DNA of 64,000 nucleotides from a virus (IMGVR_UViG_3300014205_000176), one strand, 5' to 3'. Shown: positions 39,298-48,773, counted from the stretch's first letter. Notes: generated from the letters alone by a model not told the origin. Numbers and translations are program-made.

Positions 39298-39493
39298 TTT
39301 ATTGCGAGCGGTTGGGTGGTGCAATATCTGCTGCAACCGCTCGCAATTCTCACAACTCACTATAATCACAGAGAAAATCCTAGCTATCGCGGTTGAAGTT
39401 TGGTGTATGGATGTGTAGTTCTTTTGGCGAATAAGATAGGCGCTCGCGAAGGCTAGTTCAAGTGATTGAAAAGACAGTGGAGTTGAGGGGTAT
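39298..39493 (+). promoter_or_regulatory. CRISPR leader with strong hairpin and consensus -10 box
   Basis: Perfect 13-bp inverted repeat TTGCGAGCGGTTG (39302-14) / CAACCGCTCGCAA (39334-46), then TATAAT at 39361-66, about 130 nt upstream of the first repeat. Confidence 0.4.
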
Positions 39494-40689
39494 ATTTAAA
39501 TCCCTTCCGACAAGTGAAGGGGTCGAAACAGCTGGGCTTTCCAAGGCTGGCGTCGTTCACCTGAAATTTAAATCCCTTCCGACAAGTGAAGGGGTCGAAA
39601 CGCGTACAGGGACGCGTTGAGGCTTGCTGGTCTCGGTATTTAAATCCCTTCCGACAAGTGAAGGGGTCGAAACTCTGATGGTACGACATATGAAGCCCCA
39701 CACCAATATTTAAATCCCTTCCGACAAGTGAAGGGGTCGAAACAGCTTCTTCGGTGCCGTCTTGAAATAGAACTCAAGATTTAAATCCCTTCCGACAAGT
39801 GAAGGGGTCGAAACGACTAGACGAACAACTCAAACAACAGCTGGAACGATTTAAATCCCTTCCGACAAGTGAAGGGGTCGAAACGCCAACCCCTTAAGAG
39901 CTTGGCGCAAAGGACTTCGGTATTTAAATCCCTTCCGACAAGTGAAGGGGTCGAAACATGGTGGCCGTGGTCAGTGTTCTCCAACCAGCACCAATTTAAA
40001 TCCCTTCCGACAAGTGAAGGGGTCGAAACTGCATGCTTGGATGCGAGGGTAGGCGTAGGCGCTTAAATTTAAATCCCTTCCGACAAGTGAAGGGGTCGAA
40101 ACGAGACCATGATGTGGCATAGAACGCTTTGTAGACAGGATTTAAATCCCTTCCGACAAGTGAAGGGGTCGAAACCGACCATAGTGGAAAGTCTTTGATG
40201 TTTTTTGCCGAGATTTAAATCCCTTCCGACAAGTGAAGGGGTCGAAACGCCGGTACGAACGCGGCTGCAGAAACGGATCCAGATTCAAGTCCCTTCCAAT
40301 AAGTGAAGGGGTAGAAACAGTTCAGGGTGTTGTCTCAGAATATTGCTAAAGGTGATTTAAGTCCCTTCCAATAAGTGAAGGGGTAGAAACGAGATTGCGT
40401 ATCATCACTGCGTTTATGCGTATGGATTCAAGTCCCTTCTAATAAGTGAAGGGGTAGAAATGATTCTATGCCAGGTCGATACGACAGCGTCGAAGACATT
40501 CAAGTCCCTTCCAATAAGCCTTCCAAGTGAAGGGGTCGAAAACGTCGAATGGTGTACCAATATACTGGAGCCAATATCAAGTCCCTTCCGATAAGTGAAG
40601 GGGTCGAAAAAATGAAGGGTTGAAACGTGATTCAACAGGCGCGCAAAGGAAAGTCTAATCATCCCTTCTAATAGTGAAGGTGTCGAACG
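39494..40689 (+). CRISPR. CRISPR array of about 17 repeats (36 bp) and 16 spacers (34-38 nt)
   Basis: 11 near-identical repeats ATTTAAATCCCTTCCGACAAGTGAAGGGGTCGAAAC (39494-40248; internal 6-bp stem CCCTTC/GAAGGG, 8-nt 3' tag GTCGAAAC). Then 3 copies of a variant repeat ATTCAAGTCCCTTCCAATAAGTGAAGGGGTAGAAAC (40283-40461), one repeat with a 10-nt internal insertion (40498-40543), and 2 further degenerate copies up to about 40689. Confidence 0.95.
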
Positions 40690-40703
40690 AGTGGCCGGTA
40701 TGC

Positions 40704-41192
40704 TTACGAATGTTCGGCCAGCATCTTTTGAAGTTCCTGGTGACGGTTCTTCTTCTGATCCTTGCGCCACTCCTTCTGCTTTTCTTGGTAGGCTTTCACG
40801 CAGGCCGGACAGCGACAGCGGTGCTTCCGATACATCCAGTATGTACCGTGCGTAGGCTTTGGTGTAGAATAGTCCCAAGCTTCTTTCGTCTTCTCTCTAT
40901 GGCAATCCTCGCATAAGATCTGGAGGTTCTTGATTTCACTCTCGAATCTCTTATCATTCACCGAGTGAAGGTCTGATGCGCGCATGGTCTTCTTGGACTT
41001 GTCTTTGTGGTCGAGGTGGAAGTGCCCCTCTTTACTTCCGCAGCGAGTACATCGGCCGCCCAATCGGTCAATCACTTCCTGGCGCTTCTGGTGATATCGA
41101 TTGGCCATATACTCCCTCATGTAGTCTGCACGGGGATGATTAGCCGCCTCAGAATACAACTGGGCATACTTCAAAAGACATTCAAAGTCCAT
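40704..41192 (-). CDS. HNH endonuclease
   Basis: 'GGRCTRCG...HLDHKDKS...N...LCEDCHREKT' HNH motif with zinc ligands; minus strand immediately after the array trailer. Confidence 0.7.
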   Translation of the reverse strand: MDFECLLKYAQLYSEAANHPRADYMREYMANRYHQKRQEVIDRLGGRCTRCGSKEGHFHLDHKDKSKKTMRASDLHSVNDKRFESEIKNLQILCEDCHREKTKEAWDYSTPKPTHGTYWMYRKHRCRCPACVKAYQEKQKEWRKDQKKNRHQELQKMLAEHS

Positions 41193-41262
41193 AATAGCAA
41201 TGCGGCATTATGAGCAAGAAAGAGTTGACTGACCCATTTTTCTCAGATACCATTAGATCATC

Positions 41263-41652
41263 ATGACAAAGCCCAGATCCACATTTGGCAGTTCAATTCC
41301 TGAGTTGAAGGAAGTAATCACCCAATATGGCTGCGGTCTGGGTCGTGGTGGACCTCCATATGTGGTGGTTGGCCAGTACTTCTCGAAGGCCTCGGGGCCG
41401 ATTGGTGGAATCCTGGCTGCTGCCCAAAACGAGATCCACGCCCGAATCATCCTGCGCGAAGTCAACAAGAACGGCAGTGCGGTTGTTCACCGAACCGAGC
41501 ATCATTCCAACCCAACCTTCTCCATTGCGGAATTCAAGAAGCAGCTCAAGGCGAAGATGGAAGCCCAAAAGCTCGCAGATGAGCAAGCTGAAGTTGCGGA
41601 GAAGCTTGCTTCCGAAAAGCCAGCCTTCAAACTGGAACTGGTGAAGCCATGA
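41263..41652 (+). CDS. hypothetical protein
   Basis: 129-aa ORF; possible TTGACT-17-TACCAT promoter at 41225-41253. Confidence 0.4.
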   Translation: MTKPRSTFGSSIPELKEVITQYGCGLGRGGPPYVVVGQYFSKASGPIGGILAAAQNEIHARIILREVNKNGSAVVHRTEHHSNPTFSIAEFKKQLKAKMEAQKLADEQAEVAEKLASEKPAFKLELVKP

Positions 41653-41855
41653 AACCCTACGGCCTAAATCGAATCGAAGCTGGTGACCTTGACGTTGCGG
41701 GCTGTGTCAATGGAGGCCGAGCTACGCACGTCTACAGCATTACCCAGCGAGCTTTCCGATCGCTGCGTGAGGGCGCTAAGAACGTTCGCCGCCGCATCCA
41801 CAAGCGCCGCGCCCGTGCCGAGTCGAAGAAGCTTTGTTCCGAAGTTGATGAGTAG
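41649..41855 (+). CDS. hypothetical basic protein
   Basis: 68-aa ORF. Confidence 0.3.
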   Translation: MKPYGLNRIEAGDLDVAGCVNGGRATHVYSITQRAFRSLREGAKNVRRRIHKRRARAESKKLCSEVDE

Positions 41856-41867
41856 AAAGAATATCCA

Positions 41868-43775
41868 ATGAGTCTCAAATCCCTTCTAGATCAGATTGAT
41901 ACCCACGACACCGCCTATTACAACGAAGGCAAACCTACCATATCTGATCCTGAATACGATGGGCTCAAGGATCGTTTGGGTACTTTGGTCAAGGCATTCA
42001 CCAAGGCCAACGATTCTGCTACTGAAGAACTCCAGGCGCGTGCAGCTAGGACACTCGTACGTGTCGGCGCTCCCCCACCAGAACACGGCGACTGGCCCAA
42101 GTACACGCACGAAGTCCCCATGGACTCGTTGAACAAGGTGAATCTTCCGGCAGAGCTGCTGGGATGGTACGAGAAGTGTGGCAGGCCAGTTGAACTCCTT
42201 GAGACTGAAAAGCTTGACGGCATGTCGATCAGCTTGAAGTACGAGAAGGGCCGTCTATTCAGTGCAGCTACTCGTGGCGATGGAGATGTGGGGGAAAATA
42301 TTACCGCCAACGTCAGTTTGATGGACGTACCGCTGCGGTTGAGCACTCCTTTCTCTGGTCACATTCGCGGTGAAATCGTTCTGCTGAAGAGTGTTTGGAA
42401 GAAGCATCTATCGACCATGGCCAACACTCGCAATGCTACAGGACTTGCGAAGCGCCATGATGGAACAGACTGTCAGCACCTTACCATCATTGCCTACACT
42501 ATCGAGGGCAAGGATTTCAAGAAGGAATCTGAAGCCTACGAATACATCAAGAGCCTGGGATTCCGGATCCCGAACTACCGAATTGGAACAGTCCAAGATG
42601 CCAATGTGATGTGGCAAGAGTACATGGACAAGACTCGGGAAACTCTTGATTGGGACATTGACGGCCTTGTGATCTTCATCAATGATCGAGCAGCGCGTTT
42701 CGCTCTCGGCGATGAGGGGCGCGGTCCCAAGGGCGCAATCGCTTTCAAGTTCGAAGCTCCCGAAGCAAGAACCAAGGTCACTGACATCGTGCCTCAGGTT
42801 GGTGACACCGGCATCATCACTCCGGTTGCTGAATTTGAGGAAGTGGAATTGCTCGGCGCGAAAATCAAGCGGGCCTCATTACACAACTTCTCTTTGGTAA
42901 AAGAACTCGGCGTCAACATTGGAGCTGAGATTTTGGTAACTCGCGCCAATGACGTCATTCCGTACGTCAAGGAAGTTACCAAACCAAACAACGGATACTT
43001 CCACATTCCAGAGAAGTGCCCAGCTTGCGGTACTAAGACCGTGCGCGTTGGAGAGTACGTTCGCTGCCCGAATAAGCAAACCTGTCCGCCACAAGTCATC
43101 GGCAGATTGAATAAGTGGATTGGAGAACTTGGCATCCTAGAATGGGGCGAGTCCATCCTCACCAAGCTTATTGCTTCCGGCAAAGTCAAGGACATTGCTG
43201 ACATCTATCGCCTCACGGCGGCTGACATCACAAGCCTTGATCGCATGGGGGATAAGGGCGCTGCAGGTTTACTGAAGGAACTCGACAAGTATCGCGCAGT
43301 GACTTTAGAGAACTTCGTAGGTGGACTCTGCATTGATGGCGTGGCCACTTCAACGGTCAAGTCAGTCATTGATCAAGGACATGACTCTCTTGACAAGCTT
43401 CGAGCACTATCACAGCGGCAGTTGGAAAGTGTCCCGGGGTTTGGTGAGAAGCGAGCCCGAGCACTCTTCGAAGGACTGAAAGAGAATAAGGGAAGAATGG
43501 ATGACATCCTCAGCGCCGGGGTAATCATCAAAGCAAAGATCAAAGGCGCATTTACCGGCAAGCACTTCTGCTTCACCGGAACAATGGAAACGCCACGCAA
43601 GAACCTTCAGCAAATGGTCATTGCTGCCGGCGGAGAAGTTGATAAGTCAGTCAGCAAGAGCACAACTCATCTTGTAATAGATGATGTGGCAAGTACCAGC
43701 AGTAAGGCGGTGGCAGCCCGCAAGCTGGGTACCAAGCTGATATCCGAGGCAGAGTTCCTCGCAATGATCAAGTAG
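41868..43775 (+). CDS. ligA: NAD+-dependent DNA ligase LigA
   Basis: Adenylation motif 'EKLDGMSISL' (KxDG), OB fold, zinc finger 'CPACGTK...C', HhH and C-terminal BRCT ('FCFTGTMETPRKNLQQMVIAAGGEV'). Confidence 0.85.
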   Translation: MSLKSLLDQIDTHDTAYYNEGKPTISDPEYDGLKDRLGTLVKAFTKANDSATEELQARAARTLVRVGAPPPEHGDWPKYTHEVPMDSLNKVNLPAELLGWYEKCGRPVELLETEKLDGMSISLKYEKGRLFSAATRGDGDVGENITANVSLMDVPLRLSTPFSGHIRGEIVLLKSVWKKHLSTMANTRNATGLAKRHDGTDCQHLTIIAYTIEGKDFKKESEAYEYIKSLGFRIPNYRIGTVQDANVMWQEYMDKTRETLDWDIDGLVIFINDRAARFALGDEGRGPKGAIAFKFEAPEARTKVTDIVPQVGDTGIITPVAEFEEVELLGAKIKRASLHNFSLVKELGVNIGAEILVTRANDVIPYVKEVTKPNNGYFHIPEKCPACGTKTVRVGEYVRCPNKQTCPPQVIGRLNKWIGELGILEWGESILTKLIASGKVKDIADIYRLTAADITSLDRMGDKGAAGLLKELDKYRAVTLENFVGGLCIDGVATSTVKSVIDQGHDSLDKLRALSQRQLESVPGFGEKRARALFEGLKENKGRMDDILSAGVIIKAKIKGAFTGKHFCFTGTMETPRKNLQQMVIAAGGEVDKSVSKSTTHLVIDDVASTSSKAVAARKLGTKLISEAEFLAMIK

Positions 43776-43776
43776 G

Positions 43777-45108
43777 GTGGCGGGGAGCCGCCTCCCCAAG
43801 GACCACATGAAACGTTCGAATCGAGCAGCGACCCGCGATTGGGTTAATGAACAACGTGCCCAAGAGCGCGCGAGAAAGCTGCGTCTTGAAGAAGAGGAAG
43901 CAAAGAAACTTGCTCTGGTACAAGCGGCAATTGCCAAGAACAACAAGCAGAAATCCCCTCTTGAAGAATGGGATCTGGAATCAAACGAATTCTGGATAAC
44001 CATTGAGAAGAGGGCTCCAAGGCTTTTTGATTCTGATTACATTGGTCAGTTGCGCCTTGTATCAGTGTTGGAACACCATCGGCCAATTGCTGATTGGGAG
44101 CCGCGAGGCAAGGGGAAGACTACTATCTTCAATTCCCTTTGTGATCATTTGCTGGCCAAATTCCCAACCCCGCCATTTATCTGGTCAGCATTTTGGGAGC
44201 TGGATGTGATTGATGTGATCCGCCGAATAGGGCGGGCTCGCGAAGGAGAACAGAAACCAGATGCTGAGGGTCGATACGTTGACATCGAGTTCTCACCAAT
44301 CATCCAAGCAATCGTTCGTATCGCTCGCGGTGATAGCTTCGCCAAAATGTGCAAGTCTGGTGACTTCCCTGTTACACTGACCAATAAGCAGTGCCATCAA
44401 TTCCTAGCATCTAATTCTGAAAGTACATTCCTCTCTGCCCTGCGCCGTACGCAAATCCAAACTTGGGGTGGTGATAATCGTCTGTTGCGTGTGTTGATGA
44501 ATCGTGAAAATGGGCGGCGCTTGGCTGGAATTGTTGATGAAACGTTCCTTGATTCCGTGATCGCTTGGTTCTCCAAGAACCCGATGTTGGACTTGGAACA
44601 GTTCAGCCCAATCATGGATTTCATCTGGACCAAGCGGTTCGAGGACAAGAAGTTCTCCATGAAGGGCCGCTCGGCAATGGCGATCATGCGCGCCATGGAA
44701 GATTGGCACCAGGATCTTGCCAAGCGAAAGATCGTTCACGGCAAAGAGTACAAGTCATCTGGGTTCAAGTCCGGGCACTACGAATTCAATCATCGTGAGC
44801 CTTCGGGTAACTACGTACAGTGCATCTACGACATCACAGAAATCCTCAATTCCAAAGAACTGCACGCCGAGGGTAAGGCCCAAAGGCATTGCGTGTTGTC
44901 ATATTCAGGTTCGATTGAACAAGGCTACTGTTCTATTTGGTCAATGAAAGTTAATGGTGAGCGTGCTATTACTATCGAAGTGCGCTCAAGAAGCATTGTT
45001 CAAGCCAGAGGCCATTGCAATCGCAAAGCCTCCTCTGAAGAATTTAAGATCATGCAACGTTGGGCTACGGAAAACGGATTTGAAATTCGGCTGCCAAGTT
45101 GGGGATAA
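43777..45108 (+). CDS. hypothetical protein
   Basis: 443-aa ORF. Confidence 0.5.
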   Translation: MAGSRLPKDHMKRSNRAATRDWVNEQRAQERARKLRLEEEEAKKLALVQAAIAKNNKQKSPLEEWDLESNEFWITIEKRAPRLFDSDYIGQLRLVSVLEHHRPIADWEPRGKGKTTIFNSLCDHLLAKFPTPPFIWSAFWELDVIDVIRRIGRAREGEQKPDAEGRYVDIEFSPIIQAIVRIARGDSFAKMCKSGDFPVTLTNKQCHQFLASNSESTFLSALRRTQIQTWGGDNRLLRVLMNRENGRRLAGIVDETFLDSVIAWFSKNPMLDLEQFSPIMDFIWTKRFEDKKFSMKGRSAMAIMRAMEDWHQDLAKRKIVHGKEYKSSGFKSGHYEFNHREPSGNYVQCIYDITEILNSKELHAEGKAQRHCVLSYSGSIEQGYCSIWSMKVNGERAITIEVRSRSIVQARGHCNRKASSEEFKIMQRWATENGFEIRLPSWG

Positions 45109-45109
45109 T

Positions 45110-45289
45110 ATGGGGATTACCAAACAACAGAAGCGCTGTCGTGATTGTCGCCACTATCACGCTACCCATCCAAAGCACTGTGTCCCGGAACGATCACATT
45201 GGTGTTGCAAGTACGGAGCTGATGCCAAGAAGGTTCAGGGTCGATGTATTCAGGAGAATGGTAAGGAAGATGATATTAAACCTGTTTGA
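45110..45289 (+). CDS. small Cys-rich protein
   Basis: Internal ATG after the upstream stop; 'CRDCRHYH...HCVPERSHWCC'. Confidence 0.3.
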   Translation: MGITKQQKRCRDCRHYHATHPKHCVPERSHWCCKYGADAKKVQGRCIQENGKEDDIKPV

Positions 45290-45493
45290 TGCAACTCCAG
45301 AAGATTCAGAAACCACAGATCACGGTCCGCTAGGCAATGCACATGCAGCTCGGGTTGAGGTTGATTACCCATATCAAATTGAGCAGTGGGTGATTGAGAT
45401 GGGGACTGATCATCCTGAAATTATTCGCGCTGAGTATGAAGATCTCCGGCGCAAATGGACGAGAGACTCACCAACCACCTTTGTCGAGGTCCC

Positions 45494-46057
45494 ATGGTAA
45501 CTAAGAAGGTTCTGAACCGAAAAGGCAAGTACCTAAGTCTCATCCTTCGACATGAGCCGGACCAAGCCGGGATCACTCTCGACAGCGGCGGCTGGACTGA
45601 CGTGGGGGCTCTGCTCCTTGCAATCAAGTTGTCATTGCCTGAGCTGGAGGAGATTGTTGCGGCGGACGAGAAGGGGCGCTTTGAATTCAGCGATGACCGA
45701 ACTAAGCTTCGAGCAAGCCAAGGACATTCGGTAGAGGTTGATCTCGGGTATGAGATCAAGATTCCTCCACAGTATTTGTATCACGGGACATCTCGAAACA
45801 ACTTTGCCGGCATCCGAGATAATGGCCTGATGAAGATGGACAGACATGATGTCCACATGTTCGATAGTCATCAGCAAGCTCTTGAAGTGGCAACTAAGCG
45901 CAGACCAAATCCTGCTGTCTTAAAAATCGCGGCACAAGAAATGGCAACGAATGGTTACCAGTTCAAGTTGTCAACCAATAACGTTTGGCTGACTGAGATA
46001 GTTCCGCCAAGGTACCTGTGGGTAGATGAGAGTCTTTTGGTCAGTATTGACATCTGA
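45494..46057 (+). CDS. kptA: RNA 2'-phosphotransferase Tpt1/KptA
   Basis: 'LSLILRHEP', 'GGWTDV', 'RASQGHS', 'YLYHGTS' Tpt1 motifs; start moved to an internal ATG. Confidence 0.75.
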   Translation: MVTKKVLNRKGKYLSLILRHEPDQAGITLDSGGWTDVGALLLAIKLSLPELEEIVAADEKGRFEFSDDRTKLRASQGHSVEVDLGYEIKIPPQYLYHGTSRNNFAGIRDNGLMKMDRHDVHMFDSHQQALEVATKRRPNPAVLKIAAQEMATNGYQFKLSTNNVWLTEIVPPRYLWVDESLLVSIDI

Positions 46058-46080
46058 GATGCTTCGAGTATCATCGTCCC

Positions 46081-46371
46081 ATGACCCCAAGGGATCGGCC
46101 TCCAACGCATCCTGGCGTTCTGATCCGTGATGCGATTCATGAGCTTGGAATGACTCAGGCAGAGCTAGCTCGGAGGCTCAGGATACCGCTGCAGCGATTG
46201 AACACGATTGTGAGGGGCAAGCGCGGGGTGACCGCCGACACTGCTCTGCGGCTGTCCAAAGTCTTCGGAACCACTCCAGAGCTTTGGCTGAACCTGCAAA
46301 TGGCGGTGCGGCTTTGGAATGCTCGGCAAACCGCCCACCTATCCGGACTAAAGCCTCTGCGCTTGACTTAA
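46081..46371 (+). CDS. HigA-like XRE-family HTH antitoxin-type protein
   Basis: 'GMTQAELARRLRIPLQRLNTIVRGKRGVTADTALRLSKVFGTTPELWLNLQ' is a typical HigA/VapI HTH. Confidence 0.6.
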   Translation: MTPRDRPPTHPGVLIRDAIHELGMTQAELARRLRIPLQRLNTIVRGKRGVTADTALRLSKVFGTTPELWLNLQMAVRLWNARQTAHLSGLKPLRLT

Positions 46372-46403
46372 GGCATACTCTATGCCAGAATCATGAAGGA
46401 ACT

Positions 46404-46616
46404 ATGCCATCACCCAGTCAAGGACAAGGACTGTTGTCTTGTAGTATTTGCGGTCATGAACTTGAATTCAGAGGAAAGAACGGTGCGATTCTAAACACCA
46501 AGTGTTCCCATTGCGGAATGTCCTCTGATTCTTTGGTTGACAACGCTCCGCCGCCACGAACCAAAGAGATCAAGGTATATTACAGAGGCAAGGCTCCAAT
46601 GAGTGTCCCGCCCTGA
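46404..46616 (+). CDS. small zinc-ribbon protein
   Basis: 'CSICGHE...CSHCGM'. Confidence 0.35.
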   Translation: MPSPSQGQGLLSCSICGHELEFRGKNGAILNTKCSHCGMSSDSLVDNAPPPRTKEIKVYYRGKAPMSVPP

Positions 46617-46640
46617 AGGAACTTGGAGCCATAGGAAATT

Positions 46641-47426
46641 ATGGCTCGAACACTACAGCAGAGAATGATATCATATGAGGAATCTACCGATACTAGAATA
46701 ATTAGTAGAATTCCAGTCATAATCAAAATTGATGGTTTCTCATTTGCGCGAGCAACAAGAAACATACAGAAACCATTTTGTCACAAAACAATGGCAATGC
46801 TCAATGGAACAATGCTTTCCCTAGTCAAGCAAATTGATGGGGCGGTATTTGGTCTACAGTATTCCGATAAGATCATTCTCGTTCTCCGAAATGACCGCAG
46901 CGAGAACGAAGATCCATGGTTTGGAAATGATGTGCAATCTATGTGCTCGGCTTCAGCTTCCAAAGCGACGTACGAGTTCATGAACCAACTATGGGAAATA
47001 GATGAGCCTCCGACACTTGAGGGCAGCATTGCATTCAGGTCAAAGGTATTTGGGATTCCAAGTATCACAGAGGTAATAAACTACATCATCTACCAACAGT
47101 ACTGCTGTATGCAGTATGCCATCAATGAGGCTGTGTACTCAATCTTGGGTAGAAGATCTGTCATTGATGGAATGGATATCGAGGCGCGCAAAAAGATCCT
47201 TGACGATGCCGGTGTTTCGTTTGATGCTTTCCCAGCATCATTCCGTCACGGGTCTGCAGCCTACGTAACGCCAAAGCTAGTCCACACCTCTCACGGCGAA
47301 ACAACCCATCACAAATGGATGTTGGATTTCAATGTCCCTCTGTTTGTGGATGATAAGGACCGAGAAAGACTTCGAACTATCCTCAAGACTGGCAGCGACA
47401 TCTTCATACCTGAGCGTGATCTATGA
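46641..47426 (+). CDS. Thg1-like nucleotidyltransferase (tRNA-His guanylyltransferase family / TLP)
   Basis: 'VIIKIDGFSFARATRNIQKPFCHKTMAMLNGTM...VFGLQYSDKIILVL' follows the Thg1 pattern 'VVRLDGRNFHRF...KPND...M...YGQSDEYSFVF'. Confidence 0.55.
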   Translation: MARTLQQRMISYEESTDTRIISRIPVIIKIDGFSFARATRNIQKPFCHKTMAMLNGTMLSLVKQIDGAVFGLQYSDKIILVLRNDRSENEDPWFGNDVQSMCSASASKATYEFMNQLWEIDEPPTLEGSIAFRSKVFGIPSITEVINYIIYQQYCCMQYAINEAVYSILGRRSVIDGMDIEARKKILDDAGVSFDAFPASFRHGSAAYVTPKLVHTSHGETTHHKWMLDFNVPLFVDDKDRERLRTILKTGSDIFIPERDL

Positions 47427-47758
47427 TTCCAGAAGATCATCTTCAGATACTTATCTCAGTTCTCCAAGAGAATTGTACTGATGGTAAGGTCGTTGATCGC
47501 GGAAAACTGTTCTCTAGGTTTGAGGGCAGAGCCAAGTCTGGAATGGAAATATTCAAGTTCAAGAAGGCACTATCGTTCTTAATTAACAATGGAACGATTA
47601 CAGGCTACAAGATTAAGATTGGCCGAAATGGCGGAGTGTATAAAGCAGAACCAATGGAGCGCGTATCAATTACTTGTTCCTCTGGTAAATTCATTGGGGA
47701 AGTTTCTAGACAAGAACTGTCACGATTAATTTCTGGCCTAAAACAAACCAAGAGGTAA
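47423..47758 (+). CDS. hypothetical protein
   Basis: 111-aa ORF. Confidence 0.4.
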   Translation: MIPEDHLQILISVLQENCTDGKVVDRGKLFSRFEGRAKSGMEIFKFKKALSFLINNGTITGYKIKIGRNGGVYKAEPMERVSITCSSGKFIGEVSRQELSRLISGLKQTKR

Positions 47759-47759
47759 T

Positions 47760-48275
47760 ATGGAAACCACACTACTCATTGATCCAGAAGCGAAGACTAG
47801 AATTGCACTCATCAAAGTACCAAGGGATGCCGCCGGCAAACCGTTCTTCATCGGCAAGCTGCAATTCCCGGGGACCATGGAATTCGAGCAAGGCGTATCA
47901 TTCATGGTGTTCGTTGCCGAGGAGGGCGTCGAGGAGTTGCAAATAGCTCCAATCGACCCAGCTAGACGCAACAAGACGAGTAGAGACGGGAGATGTGCAT
48001 CACTCCTAAACAACGCCCGGTTCTCTATCGACCTGCATCCCATGATCGATCAGCACGGCTCTACCTATTACGTTGGCGAAGCAATCGGTCTTTCAAAGAT
48101 GGATCTCCGCCCCGGCATCTTCTTCACCATCTTCACTTCGATTTCTGGTCAAGAGCAAATTCAAATCTCAAGACTTCAAGTCAAAGTTCGCCCGAGATAC
48201 GACGACACTGCACCGCGCAGCAGTCCACGCGCCACCAATACCTTCGACCCAAAACGCTTTAGCGAAACAGGATAA
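47760..48275 (+). CDS. hypothetical protein
   Basis: 171-aa ORF. Confidence 0.4.
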   Translation: METTLLIDPEAKTRIALIKVPRDAAGKPFFIGKLQFPGTMEFEQGVSFMVFVAEEGVEELQIAPIDPARRNKTSRDGRCASLLNNARFSIDLHPMIDQHGSTYYVGEAIGLSKMDLRPGIFFTIFTSISGQEQIQISRLQVKVRPRYDDTAPRSSPRATNTFDPKRFSETG

Positions 48276-48321
48276 TCGGTCGAGAGCCCTAGATGAGCGG
48301 GCATGGTTAGCTGAGGCAACC

Positions 48322-48570
48322 ATGCGCACATACCTAATTGCGATATCACTATTAACTGCATGCGGAACTACGCCAGCTAAATCTCCAGAGCAGATTGTAG
48401 ACGCAACAGAAATCAGGCAGTCAACATTTGATTCCGAAAACACACCACCTGAAAAGGTAGATGATGACGATGACATGGAACCTTTTCAAGATCATTTAAT
48501 CCAAACTACCTTTGCGAATGGCCTGCTCCAAGAACATATCGATAGAGCAATAGAAATGTTGTTGAAATGA
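48322..48570 (+). CDS. small lipoprotein
   Basis: Signal peptide with lipobox 'MRTYLIAISLLTAC'; start chosen at the internal ATG. Confidence 0.4.
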   Translation: MRTYLIAISLLTACGTTPAKSPEQIVDATEIRQSTFDSENTPPEKVDDDDDMEPFQDHLIQTTFANGLLQEHIDRAIEMLLK

Positions 48571-48773
48571 AACTACTCGACATCCCGCAAGACTCAAAGA
48601 TCAAGTGTCAATGTTCTGACGGTTCAAAGTACTTGATCTTTCGCCACATCGATGGTATGTATAGCTTCTGCGTCACCGAGAAGGGTGGGGTGGCGCATCT
48701 ATACTGTATGACCGAATTGTCCGAACTGCCGGACGGTTCTTATAAGCTCGAAGAGGACCCGCTCGCGGGATAG
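48567..48773 (+). CDS. hypothetical protein
   Basis: 68-aa ORF. Confidence 0.35.
   Translation: MKLLDIPQDSKIKCQCSDGSKYLIFRHIDGMYSFCVTEKGGVAHLYCMTELSELPDGSYKLEEDPLAG

Noticed and set aside
39530-40574. Self-targeting of the phage by its own spacers
   Set aside because: A visual check of spacer 1 found only a 10-nt chance match elsewhere in the window. A systematic comparison was not possible by eye, so no claim is made.
39453-40878. ORFs 39453..39701(-), 39869..40066(+) and 40414..40878(-) from the six-frame track
   Set aside because: They lie inside the CRISPR array and their translations are repeat-derived periodic peptides (for example 'FDPFTCRKGFK' repeated). These are artefacts.
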